Of a stretch of DNA of 64,000 nucleotides, positions 40,595 through 49,359 are shown piece after piece. The notes beneath the pieces were generated by a model. The model saw only the letters and a program-made list of their open reading frames with translations. It had not been told where the DNA came from and searched no databases. Source of the stretch: an uncultured Haloferula sp. Lineage in GTDB: Bacteria > Verrucomicrobiota > Verrucomicrobiia > Verrucomicrobiales > Akkermansiaceae. The position numbers were made by a program, and so were the translations under genes. Each line of letters opens with the position of its first letter. Position 1 is the first letter of the stretch. The stretch lies in contig CBFGTS010000004.1 in the NCBI GenBank assembly GCA_965652295.1, positions 224,001 through 288,000 of the forward strand, given 5' to 3'.

Positions 40595-41341
40595 ATGACA
40601 GTGTTGGGACCCAACTCGGACGGACTTCCGCAGTGGCTCGATCTGGAGCCGGAGATTCTGAGCCAGATCAGTTCGCGCCCGGGCGGCCAGCGTTGCTTGG
40701 TGGGCGGGGGGGAGTTGCTGTTGGTGGTCCACGAAGTGCCGGAGCCCAAGGTCCCGGAGCGGAAAGCGAAGTTCTTCATCCGCCGGGAAGAGGGCGAGTG
40801 GGACGATGGCAAGGGCGGCGGCTTGGGGTCGCTCGGGCGTCTGTTGGACCAGTATCAGGCAACGATCGACGGCTACGAGGCATCGATTGACGAGGCGGAT
40901 ACGGTCGCGGAGGTGTTTGCCATCATCCGCCACGCGGGACCGATCGCCCGGAGCTTGCGGAACCTCAACGCGGCATTGCGGGCGACGGTCGATGCGATGC
41001 CGGAAGACCGGCAGTTGATTGAACTGTTGGATCGGTCCACCGATCTTCTGCGGGCGGGTGAGATCCTCTATCACGATGCGAAGTTGACGCTGGATTTCTG
41101 GCAGGCGGAGAGCGCCGAGGAGCATCAGAAGGCGGCGGAAAGGCTGAACGTGACCGTTTATCGTCTCAACCTGCTGGCCGGATTCTTCCTGCCGTTGGTG
41201 GCGATGGGGGGACTGCTGGGGATGAACGTGGCGATTCCGGAGGTGTTCCAGGGGTGGTTCTGGGGCATCCTCGTGGTCGCCCTGCTGGCCGGGCTGGTTC
41301 TGCTGGTGCTCGCCGGTTGGAACCTGCGGAAAAAGCCATGA
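40595..41341 (+). CDS. CorA-family divalent cation transporter (short form)
   Basis: C-terminal L...FFLPL....GLLGMNV plus second TM. Confidence 0.7.
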   Translation: MTVLGPNSDGLPQWLDLEPEILSQISSRPGGQRCLVGGGELLLVVHEVPEPKVPERKAKFFIRREEGEWDDGKGGGLGSLGRLLDQYQATIDGYEASIDEADTVAEVFAIIRHAGPIARSLRNLNAALRATVDAMPEDRQLIELLDRSTDLLRAGEILYHDAKLTLDFWQAESAEEHQKAAERLNVTVYRLNLLAGFFLPLVAMGGLLGMNVAIPEVFQGWFWGILVVALLAGLVLLVLAGWNLRKKP

Positions 41342-42138
41342 CCGGTTTGTGGATCCTGCTGGGAGCGGTGGTCTTGCTGGCAGCGGTGACGGTGTGGCAT
41401 GGATCGCGGAAGTCGCGTCGGCGGAAGGCCTGGCGGGCGGTGCGTCTGACGGCGGAGCAGGCGGCGAGGGTGGAGCGCCGGTTTCCGCTGTGGAAACGGG
41501 TGCCCGAGCGCACGCGGCAGCTGGCGGAAGGGTGGATGCGGGTGTTTCTGGAGGAGAAGGTGTTCGAGCCCTGCGGGGGGCTCACGGAGGTGACCGAGGA
41601 AATGATGCTGGCGATCGCCGCGCCGGCCTGCCTGTTGATCGCGCACCGGCCGCAGGACTACTATGAACGCTTGAGATCGGTGTTGGTCTATCCGGATGCC
41701 TACCGGGTGAAGGATGAGTGGGGGATGGAGGACGTGAGGCTGGGCGAATCCTGGGACTCGGGCAGCGTGGTGCTGGCGTGGGAAAGCGTGGTGCAGGGGG
41801 ATGCGAATCCGGAGGACGGATTGAACGTGGTGCTGCATGAATTCGCCCACCAGCTCGATCAGGAAGACGGCGCGGCGGACGGGGTGCCGGAGTTCGAGGA
41901 GGTGGAGGATTACGGCAGGTGGTCGCGGGCGATGGCCCCGGCGTACGAGGCCTTCGTCGAGCGGGTGAATGCGGGCAAGCGCACGGTGCTCGACGACTAC
42001 GGTGCGCAGAGCCCGGCGGAGTTTTTCGCGGTGGCGACGGAAACGTTCTTCGAGCGCGGGCCGGCGTTAAAACGCGAGGAGCCGGAGGTTTACGCGGAGC
42101 TGGCGCGGTTTTACGGGGTCGATCCGGCGGAGTGGTGA
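41338..42138 (+). CDS. M90 family zinc metallopeptidase (MtfA-like)
   Basis: IA..AC.L, LVYP..Y, GESW..G.VVL.W, NVVLHEFAHQLD, YGA..PAEFFAVATE.FF. Confidence 0.9.
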   Translation: MTGLWILLGAVVLLAAVTVWHGSRKSRRRKAWRAVRLTAEQAARVERRFPLWKRVPERTRQLAEGWMRVFLEEKVFEPCGGLTEVTEEMMLAIAAPACLLIAHRPQDYYERLRSVLVYPDAYRVKDEWGMEDVRLGESWDSGSVVLAWESVVQGDANPEDGLNVVLHEFAHQLDQEDGAADGVPEFEEVEDYGRWSRAMAPAYEAFVERVNAGKRTVLDDYGAQSPAEFFAVATETFFERGPALKREEPEVYAELARFYGVDPAEW

Positions 42139-42154
42139 TGTTAGAAAACGAGCG

Positions 42155-43129
42155 ATGAGTACCAAGCACACGCGGCGGCCGTTCGAGCGGATGCATCGGA
42201 TTCATCAAGCGATCCAGAGTGGTCGGCTGCCGAACTGCACGACCCTGGCAGCGGAGCTGGAGGTGACGCCGAAAACAGTGATGCGGGACATCACCTTCAT
42301 GCGCGACACCTTCCGGCTGCCGCTGGAATACGACGGGCAGAGGCACGGCTACCGCTACACGGGGGAGGTTTCGGATTTCCCGCAGTTCGAGATCGGCGAG
42401 GAGGAAATGGCTTCGCTGTTCCTCGCGCGGCATGCGTTGGAATCGATCCGCGGCACCGAGCTGGCGGACAAGCTGCGGGCGGCGTTCGCGCGGCTCACTT
42501 CCTCGCTGGGCGAGAGGGTGAATCTGAGTTGGGATGACCTCGATCTGGCGTTCTCCCGCAAGGTGGCGGAGGTGCGGGGGCACGACGTCCAGCGTTTCGG
42601 ACAGCTCGCGGATGCGGTGATCCAGCAAAGGGTTGTGGGTTTCCACTACCGCAAGCTGGGCGCGGAAACGGCGGAGCCGCGCAGGGTGCAACCACTGCAT
42701 CTGGGCGAGGTCGATGGCGGGTGGTATTTGATCGCCTTCGATCCGCTAAGGGAGGCGATGCGGACGTTTTCGCTGGTGAGGATGACGCGGCTCAAGACGC
42801 TGGCGGAATCGTTTGTCCGGCCGGCGGATTTCGACGGTCCGGCGTATTTGAGGAAAAGCTTCGGAGTCTGGAGCGGCGGCCGGCCGGAGCTGGTGAAGGT
42901 GCGGTTGAGCGGTTACGCGGCGCGGCTCGCGCAAGAGCGGCGCTGGCATCCGACGCAGGAAATCGAGATGTTGGATGCGAAAGGCGAGCTGGTGGAGGTG
43001 CGCTTTGAAGTCGGCTCGCTGCCCGAGGTGGTGCGCTGGGTGCTGAGCTTCGGCAGCAAGGCGAAAGTACTGGATCCCCCGGAGTTGAAGACGCTGGTGG
43101 CGGAAGAGGTGAGGTTGATGGGGGCGTAG
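42155..43129 (+). CDS. HTH-WYL-WCX transcriptional regulator (YafY/PafB-like)
   Basis: LA.ELEV...T..RDI HTH; R.V.P..L.....WYL.A.D..R...RTF...R; W.LSFG...VL.P.EL. Confidence 0.92.
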   Translation: MSTKHTRRPFERMHRIHQAIQSGRLPNCTTLAAELEVTPKTVMRDITFMRDTFRLPLEYDGQRHGYRYTGEVSDFPQFEIGEEEMASLFLARHALESIRGTELADKLRAAFARLTSSLGERVNLSWDDLDLAFSRKVAEVRGHDVQRFGQLADAVIQQRVVGFHYRKLGAETAEPRRVQPLHLGEVDGGWYLIAFDPLREAMRTFSLVRMTRLKTLAESFVRPADFDGPAYLRKSFGVWSGGRPELVKVRLSGYAARLAQERRWHPTQEIEMLDAKGELVEVRFEVGSLPEVVRWVLSFGSKAKVLDPPELKTLVAEEVRLMGA

Positions 43130-43240
43130 GGGCTGGTGGTAGTCGGGAGGGGGGCGGCGCGGGCTGATTTCCTCGGCTCCTCTGTGATCCAAAGGCGGGG
43201 AGCACCCGGTAGCCGCCGCAAAATCGACGGAGAGCCTATT

Positions 43241-43270
43241 TTGCGAACTTTTTGCAGAACTGTTGCAGAC
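43241..43270 (+). promoter_or_regulatory. Three 11-bp-phased direct repeats, putative OmpR/PhoB-family binding site
   Basis: TTGCGAAC (43241), TTGCAGAAC (43252), TTGCAGAC (43263) upstream of an operon ending in an OmpR-type regulator. Confidence 0.55.
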
Positions 43271-43310
43271 CTTTGGCGCAGGCTCTGGCGGAATGGGTTG
43301 TGATCAGCGT

Positions 43311-44723
43311 ATGAAACAAATTCTGCTTTGGAGTCTCGTGGTTTCTTCCGTTCTGGCCGCTGCGGAGAAAAACCCTTTTGTCGCCGCCCGGACGAGCGGG
43401 AGCCAGCCGATGTCCTCAACCGAAGGGCGGCCGTGCGAGTTCATGCTCGAGCACGTTCTGGTGGACTCCGCGATGCTGTTGGAGTGGGAAAAGAAAGGCG
43501 GCGGCACGGATGACGAGCTGCACGAGATGGTCGTGGGATGGATGAAGGACGGCCATGCGGTGCTGGATCACACAGCTTGGGTGGCAGGAATTTCGGGTGA
43601 TTGGAACAGGGTGGATCAAATCGTGGAGCAAACCTATCCGACTGAGTTTTTGCCCGGGGGTAAGGGCGCGTGGCCCCATCCGACCTCGTTTGAAACCCGC
43701 AACTGTGGTTATTCTTTTGCCCCGCGGTTGACCAAGGATTCGCAGCGGTGGAAGGCGGAGTGGGAAATCGGGCTAACCCAGATGATCTCGCCCGGCAGGC
43801 CGTATCATCCCATGGCCGAAAGGACGAGAGAGGACGGGGATGTTTTTGTGCCGGAGTTCCGCAGCTTGGCGTCCTCTGCCGGTGGAAAGGGCCGTGGCGA
43901 TGACCCATTTACCGAGGAGGTCGAGAAGCCGGCTCCGGCACCGGTGGTTTTCGAGGGCGGGCGAAGGTACCTGTGGGGAAGATTCGACGAGGCGGGAAGG
44001 GACGGCGATGAATCCACATCGCGGCTGGTGTTCGTCCGAAGTGTGCTCGCCCCGGAACCCGTTGCAGCGGGAGTGGATCGAGCGATGAGAATCAAACTCC
44101 GGGTTTTCCGGGCTTCCCATGAGGAGATCTGGTCCTGGCTGAACGAGCATCCGGGCTTGGTGCAGGATTCGGCATGGGATGCGCTGCGGGAAGGGTCGAT
44201 GATTCCAGCGTGGGCGTTGGAGGGTTGGCTTCCCAAGTCGGGCCGCACTGAGATCGAGAACGTCAGGGAGTACTTGTATCCGACCGAGTGGGTCCCGGGT
44301 ATGAAGTGGCAGGAAACGAAGCGATGGGAGGAATTGACCAAACGTGGCGGAAAGGACGGCGTGGCGACCCAGGTGATCAATCAAGTCGTGGAGCCAGCGG
44401 TGGGGGTGGGAATGGCGATGAGTCCGACTTCGTTCGAAACCCGGAATCGTGGGGAGAGTCTCGATGCGGAGATTGACGGGGAGCGGGTTCGTCTGTTCAT
44501 CAGACGCGTTGAAAAGGTCGGGGACTCGGTCCACCACCGGGTGCAGGAGGGCGAAGATTGGGTGGCCGACGCGACCATGCCTGAATTTTCATACAGCTAT
44601 GTCTCGACCTCGCTTCCGGCGCGTCCGTGCGGATGGAAGCTGGTCGGCGTGGGAGGCGAGTTTCTTGAGCAGGGGCGTGCCGATCGCGAGCACCGTCTGC
44701 TGTATTTCGTGAAACTGGAGTGA
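43311..44723 (+). CDS. Exported hypothetical protein with duplicated YPTE...PTSFETRN.G domain
   Basis: Signal peptide; EQTYPTEF...PTSFETRNCG and EYLYPTEW...PTSFETRNRG. Confidence 0.75.
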   Translation: MKQILLWSLVVSSVLAAAEKNPFVAARTSGSQPMSSTEGRPCEFMLEHVLVDSAMLLEWEKKGGGTDDELHEMVVGWMKDGHAVLDHTAWVAGISGDWNRVDQIVEQTYPTEFLPGGKGAWPHPTSFETRNCGYSFAPRLTKDSQRWKAEWEIGLTQMISPGRPYHPMAERTREDGDVFVPEFRSLASSAGGKGRGDDPFTEEVEKPAPAPVVFEGGRRYLWGRFDEAGRDGDESTSRLVFVRSVLAPEPVAAGVDRAMRIKLRVFRASHEEIWSWLNEHPGLVQDSAWDALREGSMIPAWALEGWLPKSGRTEIENVREYLYPTEWVPGMKWQETKRWEELTKRGGKDGVATQVINQVVEPAVGVGMAMSPTSFETRNRGESLDAEIDGERVRLFIRRVEKVGDSVHHRVQEGEDWVADATMPEFSYSYVSTSLPARPCGWKLVGVGGEFLEQGRADREHRLLYFVKLE

Positions 44724-44745
44724 CATCTTTCCAAGGACGAAGAGG

Positions 44746-46224
44746 ATGAAAGGGATGATGCCGGGAAAGGCCGCCGTGGTGGCGACGTTGGGAATCGCGA
44801 TAAGCCTCGCGGTCGTGACCTCGGTGGCCGGCTGGAGGATGGCGCGGCAGATCGAGTGGGTGCCGGTGGAGGGTTCCGCGGGTTGGTGGGAGGATCGTTT
44901 CTCCGTCGCGGTGGCGAAGTTGGATGACCTGGAGGCGAAGTGGGAAGGTGCGCTGGATTCCGCGGCCGAAGGCCTTCTTGCGGGCGAAGCTCCGCGCCAT
45001 GACGTGGTCGGCGTGCGCAGCGTTTACCGGCTCGAAGCTCAGAAGCGGGAGGCGGTCTGGATGGAAGGGGTGAAGCTCGATTCGCCGCCCATCCTCGGGC
45101 GGTATGCGGAGGAGGATGAAGGCTGGGTTTTCCCGGATAGCGGGTTGAGAGGACGTGGGTTTATGGAGGAGGCGGATCGGCCGCTGTGCTACGTGAGGGG
45201 GGATGGTCGGCAAGCGGTGGTCATGGTGCTGGATCGCGCCGCCGCTGCGGAGATCGCGGTGCGTGAGGCGGGGTTGACGGGGGGTAAGGAAGAGGGCGGG
45301 GCGCGGTGGGAATGGTTGTCTCCGGCGATCCTCCCTGAGAGTGGGATGCACCGACGGGCGGATGAGTCGATCCGGCACTTGTCAGGCTTCGGGCCGTGGA
45401 CGATGAGGGTCTGGAATCCGGTGGAGCTGAAGGTCTCGTATGCCGTCCCGGTGCTGGCGGGCGGGTTCGCCTTGGCGGGATTCCTGCTGTTCGGAGGTGG
45501 GTTGCTGGCGTGGATCCAGTGGCGGGCGATGCGTCTGGCGGCGAGGCAGGTGAGCTTTGCCAATCAGGTATCCCATGAGCTGAGGACACCGCTGACGAAC
45601 CTGATGCTGAACGCGGACCTGGCGATGGACGGCGTGGATGACGCCGACGGCCCCGTGGGCAAGAGGATCCGGGCGATCGGTGAGGAATCGGCGCGGCTTT
45701 CGAAGACGATCGATCAGGTGCTGGATTTCGCGAAGGGCGGGGGCGAAATCCGGCCCACGGAGGAAGTGGATCTGTCGAAACTGGTCCGCGAGGTGGCGGC
45801 CCGGTTCGAGCTGCCGTTTGCGCGGCAGCGCATGCGGCTGGAGGTGGATTGTCCGGAATGCGCGAGGGTCCGTGCCGCTGAGTCCGCGCTGGAGCGGATC
45901 TTGTTGAACCTGCTCTCGAACGCGGAGCGCTATGCGGGTGCGGAGACGACGGTGAAGGTCTCGGTATTTCGCCGAAATGGCGGCTGGCAGGTGGAGGTGA
46001 GCGACGATGGTCCGGGGGTGCCCAAGGGGGCGGAAAAGAGGATCTTCATTCCATTTGTGCGTGGAAAACGTTCGACGCGGGAGGGAGCGAGCGGGACCGG
46101 GCTGGGGCTTTCCATCAGCCGGGATCTCGCAGAACGGATGGGTGGCACGCTGAAGTGGCTGCCATCCGAGCGTGGGGCAAGGTTCTGCCTGAGCTTGTCC
46201 GATGCGGAAAGGAGGACGGGATGA
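44746..46224 (+). CDS. Sensor histidine kinase
   Basis: Two TMs, VSHELRTPL, NLLSNA.RY, DDGPG, GTGLGL. Confidence 0.92.
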   Translation: MKGMMPGKAAVVATLGIAISLAVVTSVAGWRMARQIEWVPVEGSAGWWEDRFSVAVAKLDDLEAKWEGALDSAAEGLLAGEAPRHDVVGVRSVYRLEAQKREAVWMEGVKLDSPPILGRYAEEDEGWVFPDSGLRGRGFMEEADRPLCYVRGDGRQAVVMVLDRAAAAEIAVREAGLTGGKEEGGARWEWLSPAILPESGMHRRADESIRHLSGFGPWTMRVWNPVELKVSYAVPVLAGGFALAGFLLFGGGLLAWIQWRAMRLAARQVSFANQVSHELRTPLTNLMLNADLAMDGVDDADGPVGKRIRAIGEESARLSKTIDQVLDFAKGGGEIRPTEEVDLSKLVREVAARFELPFARQRMRLEVDCPECARVRAAESALERILLNLLSNAERYAGAETTVKVSVFRRNGGWQVEVSDDGPGVPKGAEKRIFIPFVRGKRSTREGASGTGLGLSISRDLAERMGGTLKWLPSERGARFCLSLSDAERRTG

Positions 46225-46904
46225 AAGTGCTGGTGGCGGAGGACGACGACCGGACGCGGGAGGCGGTTGCGGCGGTGTTGGCTGGCGACGGGCACGAGGT
46301 GCTGGTTGCGGAGGATGGTGTCCGGGCCCGGCGGCTTTGGGACCGGGAAAGGCCGCAGATGGTGCTGTTGGACATCATGATGCCGGAGCTGAGTGGGTAT
46401 GACGTGTGTCGCCACATCCGGCGGTCCGACAAGAAGGTGCCGGTGTTGTTCCTCTCGGCGAAATCGGAGGAGATCGACGTGGTGGTGGGGCTGGAGCTGG
46501 GCGCGGACGATTTCGTGCGGAAGCCCTTCGGGAAAAGCGAGCTGCTGGCGCGGGTCCACGCGGCGGCGAGGCGGTCGGGGCTCACGGATGAGCCGGAGGT
46601 GATCGAGCTGGGTCGGTGGCGGGTGTTTCCCAGACGTCTGGTGGCGGAGGGTGAGACCACGCAGGACCTCACCGTGCGCGAGGTGAAGATGCTCACGCTG
46701 CTTGCCTCCCGGCGCGGAGAGGTGGTGATGCGGGATGAGATCCTGAACGTTTGCTGGGGAATGGAATACTTCCCGGAGTCGCGAACGCTCGATCAGCATG
46801 TGCTGAATTTGCGCAAGAAGCTGGCGGCGGATCCGGCGAGACCGCAGTGGATCGAAACGGTCCGTGGAGCGGGTTACCGGATGCCGGTGGAGCAGGGGGA
46901 ATGA
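46221..46904 (+). CDS. OmpR-family response regulator
   Basis: AEDD, LLDIMMP, LSAK, GADD...KPF, SRTLDQH...LRKK, TVRGAGY; ATGA overlap with kinase. Confidence 0.93.
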   Translation: MKVLVAEDDDRTREAVAAVLAGDGHEVLVAEDGVRARRLWDRERPQMVLLDIMMPELSGYDVCRHIRRSDKKVPVLFLSAKSEEIDVVVGLELGADDFVRKPFGKSELLARVHAAARRSGLTDEPEVIELGRWRVFPRRLVAEGETTQDLTVREVKMLTLLASRRGEVVMRDEILNVCWGMEYFPESRTLDQHVLNLRKKLAADPARPQWIETVRGAGYRMPVEQGE

Positions 46905-46918
46905 CCGGCTGCAGGGTT

Positions 46919-46938
46919 GTGGGACGGGGGCGTCCCAC
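46919..46938. terminator. Hairpin between convergent genes (terminator or REP-like)
   Basis: GTGGGACG-GGGG-CGTCCCAC perfect 8-bp stem. Confidence 0.45.
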
Positions 46939-46941
46939 CCC

Positions 46942-48048
46942 CTATTTGGCGGAGAATCGGTGGATCTCGATGTGGCGGTAGGTTTCGCCGGGTTCGAGGT
47001 AGGGGGAGGGGAAGGTGGGCTGGTTGGGGGCGTCGGGGAAGTTCTCGGTCTCCAGGCAGACGCCGCTGCGGAAGGGATAGGCGACGCCGCCCTTGCCGGT
47101 GAGATGAGGGGGCTGGAAGCACTCGGCGGAGAGGAAATTGCCGCAGTAGACCTGCACGGCGGGTTGATTGGTGAAGACTTCCAAGGTCCGGCCGGTGGCG
47201 GGATGATGCAGGGTGGCGGCAGGGAAAAGGTCTTCGTTTTCGTAGTCGTCGAGCACCCAGGCGTGGTCGTAGCCGTTGGCGAACTGGAGGCAGGCGAAGT
47301 CGTCGTCGATGCGCTCGCCGATGGCGGTGGGGCGGAGGAAATCCAGCGGGGTGCCGGCCACGGACCGACGTTCACCGGTGGGGATCAGTCCGGCATCGGT
47401 GGGCAGGTAGTGGGAGGCGCGGACCTGGAGCTGGTGGTCGTGAATGTCGCTCTGAGGATTGCCGGAGAGGTTCCAGTAGCTGTGGTGGACGAGGTTGATG
47501 ACCGTGGTGCGGTCGGTGGTGGCGGTGGCTTCCCAGATCAATTCGTCATCCTCGGTCAGGGTGTAGGTGACGTAGCTGTCGAGCGTGCCGGGGTAGCCGT
47601 CATCGCCATCGTGCGAGAGGTAACGGAAGACGACGCGCGATCCGTCGGCCTCGATGATTTCCCAGAGTTTGCGGCTGAACCCGACGGCTCCGCCATGAAG
47701 GTGGCAGGGGATGCCGCCGGGGTGGTTGTTGGTGGCGAGCTGGAGGAACTCATCGCCAATGGTGAGCGTGCCGCTGGCGATGCGGTTTCCAAAGCGACCG
47801 ACAGTGGCTCCGAAATAGGGGTTGGAGGCCGAGGCATAGCCTGAGACGGAATCGTAGCCGAGGGTGATGTCGGCGAGCTGTCCCTCGCGGTCCGGAGCAT
47901 GGAGGCTGACCAGGGCCGCACCGAAATTGGTAAGGGTGGCGACGAGTCCGTGGGAATTGCGCAGGGTGACGAGGCTGGCCTCCCGTCCGTCAGCGAGGGT
48001 GCCGAAAGAGCGGATGTCTGCGGAAAGGCTGGCGGAGCTCGTCGTCAT
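46942..48048 (-). CDS. galM: Aldose 1-epimerase (galactose mutarotase)
   Basis: YFGATVGR..NRI, LHGG..GF, GYPG, N...HSYWNL, GYDH, Q.Y.GNFL, CLET. Confidence 0.92.
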   Translation of the reverse strand: MTTSSASLSADIRSFGTLADGREASLVTLRNSHGLVATLTNFGAALVSLHAPDREGQLADITLGYDSVSGYASASNPYFGATVGRFGNRIASGTLTIGDEFLQLATNNHPGGIPCHLHGGAVGFSRKLWEIIEADGSRVVFRYLSHDGDDGYPGTLDSYVTYTLTEDDELIWEATATTDRTTVINLVHHSYWNLSGNPQSDIHDHQLQVRASHYLPTDAGLIPTGERRSVAGTPLDFLRPTAIGERIDDDFACLQFANGYDHAWVLDDYENEDLFPAATLHHPATGRTLEVFTNQPAVQVYCGNFLSAECFQPPHLTGKGGVAYPFRSGVCLETENFPDAPNQPTFPSPYLEPGETYRHIEIHRFSAK

Positions 48049-48224
48049 GTCAGAGCGAGCATCCCTCGTGCGGGGTATCATTGCCAAGGGGATTTCGGGG
48101 CTTGTTCGGTCATTCCCGAAGAATGGGCTTTACAAGGGATGGCGGATACCTATTTTCCGCGGCCCCGCGACCGGTTTAGCCAGCGCGTTCACCCTTTTCC
48201 ATTCACTTCCGACATTTCGATCCC

Positions 48225-48389
48225 ATGAAAGTTCTTTCCTCGCTCTCCTCCGCCAAGCGCCGTCACGCCGACTGCCAGGTGGTTTCGCGCAAGGGCACGA
48301 CCTACGTGATCTGCAAGACGAACCCGAAGTTCAAGGCCCGCCAAGGCGCGACCAAGGGCACCCGCCTTTCGAAGAAGGGCGTGAAGTGA
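48225..48389 (+). CDS. rpmJ: 50S ribosomal protein L36, type B (zinc-independent)
   Basis: Manual translation [54 protein letters not shown]; 54 aa, absent from ORF track. Confidence 0.92.
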   Translation: MKVLSSLSSAKRRHADCQVVSRKGTTYVICKTNPKFKARQGATKGTRLSKKGVK

Positions 48390-48418
48390 TGGTCGGTTGA
48401 AGATCGGCGATTTTTTGA

Positions 48419-48444
48419 GAAGGCGGCCCGCGGGTCGCCTTTTT
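48419..48444 (+). terminator. Intrinsic terminator after rpmJ
   Basis: AAGGCGGCCC-GC-GGGTCGCCTT stem followed by a T-run. Confidence 0.7.
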
Positions 48445-48491
48445 CGTGGGCAGATGGCAACCCGCCCGGGTGAGCGACGGCGCTGGGTCGC

Positions 48492-49271
48492 CTACCGAAG
48501 TCGTTCGAGGATCCGGGCCGCGCAGGCGAGACCGAAGGCGGCGGTGACGTGGGTGCAGGAGCCGTAGCCGGCGTCGCAGCCGATCGCGCCGGGGAGGTCG
48601 ACGGGACGATCGTGGCTGGTTTCGCCATCGCAGGTCGGGAAAACCGGCCGCTCGTCGGAGAAAACTGCCTCGATGCCGAAGGGTTCGGGATCGCCCTTGG
48701 CAGGGGCGGGGGGGAAGCCATGCTCGGTGCGGAGCTTGCGGCGGACGGAGGCCAGCAGGGCGTCGCGGCCGCTGCGCGAGAGGTCGTCGACGCGGATGCG
48801 GGTGGGGTCGATGCGCCCGCCGGCGGCACCGGAAGTCACGGCGGGAAGCCCGCGCTCACGACAGGTGGTGAGCAGGTGGCACTTGGCGCGGAGCGAGTCG
48901 ATGGCGTCGACCACGGCGTCCGGTGCGTGGTCAAAAATTTCGTCGGCGGTGCGCTCGGAGTAAAAAGAAGCGATCGACGTCACCCGCAGGTCGGGATTGA
49001 TCGTGCGCAGGCGAGTGGCCATGACCTCGACCTTCGACCGGCCATAGGTGCCGTCGTGGGCGTGGATCTGGCGGTTGGTGTTGGTGAGACAGAGGTCGTC
49101 GGGATCGATCAGGATCAGATGGCCAATGCCGCTGCGGGCGAGGCTTTCCGCGGCCCATGATCCGACCCCCCCGATGCCGGCGATGAGTACGGTGGAGGCG
49201 AGGAATTTTTCAAAGGAGACGCGGCCGTAGAGGCGGACGATGCCGGAAAGTCGTTCGTAGGAGGCGGACAC
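48492..49271 (-). CDS. tcdA: tRNA threonylcarbamoyladenosine dehydratase (ThiF family)
   Basis: GIGGVGSW.AE.LARSG.G, D.D....TN.NRQ.HA, DAIDS, GAAGGR.DP, FS.E, GYGS...VT..FG; GTG start inferred. Confidence 0.85.
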   Translation of the reverse strand: MSASYERLSGIVRLYGRVSFEKFLASTVLIAGIGGVGSWAAESLARSGIGHLILIDPDDLCLTNTNRQIHAHDGTYGRSKVEVMATRLRTINPDLRVTSIASFYSERTADEIFDHAPDAVVDAIDSLRAKCHLLTTCRERGLPAVTSGAAGGRIDPTRIRVDDLSRSGRDALLASVRRKLRTEHGFPPAPAKGDPEPFGIEAVFSDERPVFPTCDGETSHDRPVDLPGAIGCDAGYGSCTHVTAAFGLACAARILERLR

Positions 49272-49359
49272 GGGCGACAGATACCAAAGATCCCGTTTCC
49301 GATAACCGAATTCCTCCGGGCCTCCGTCACCCGCTCTGAAATCATCGATGGGATCGTCT

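Noticed and set aside
42155..44723. WYL plus downstream hypothetical as an anti-phage or CRISPR-associated system
   Set aside because: No nuclease, ATPase or cas motifs and no array; the downstream protein is exported and has its own apparent promoter repeats
49280..49314. Possible heptamer array upstream of tcdA (GATACCA..GATAACC GAATTCC)
   Set aside because: Period irregular and no clear opposite arm
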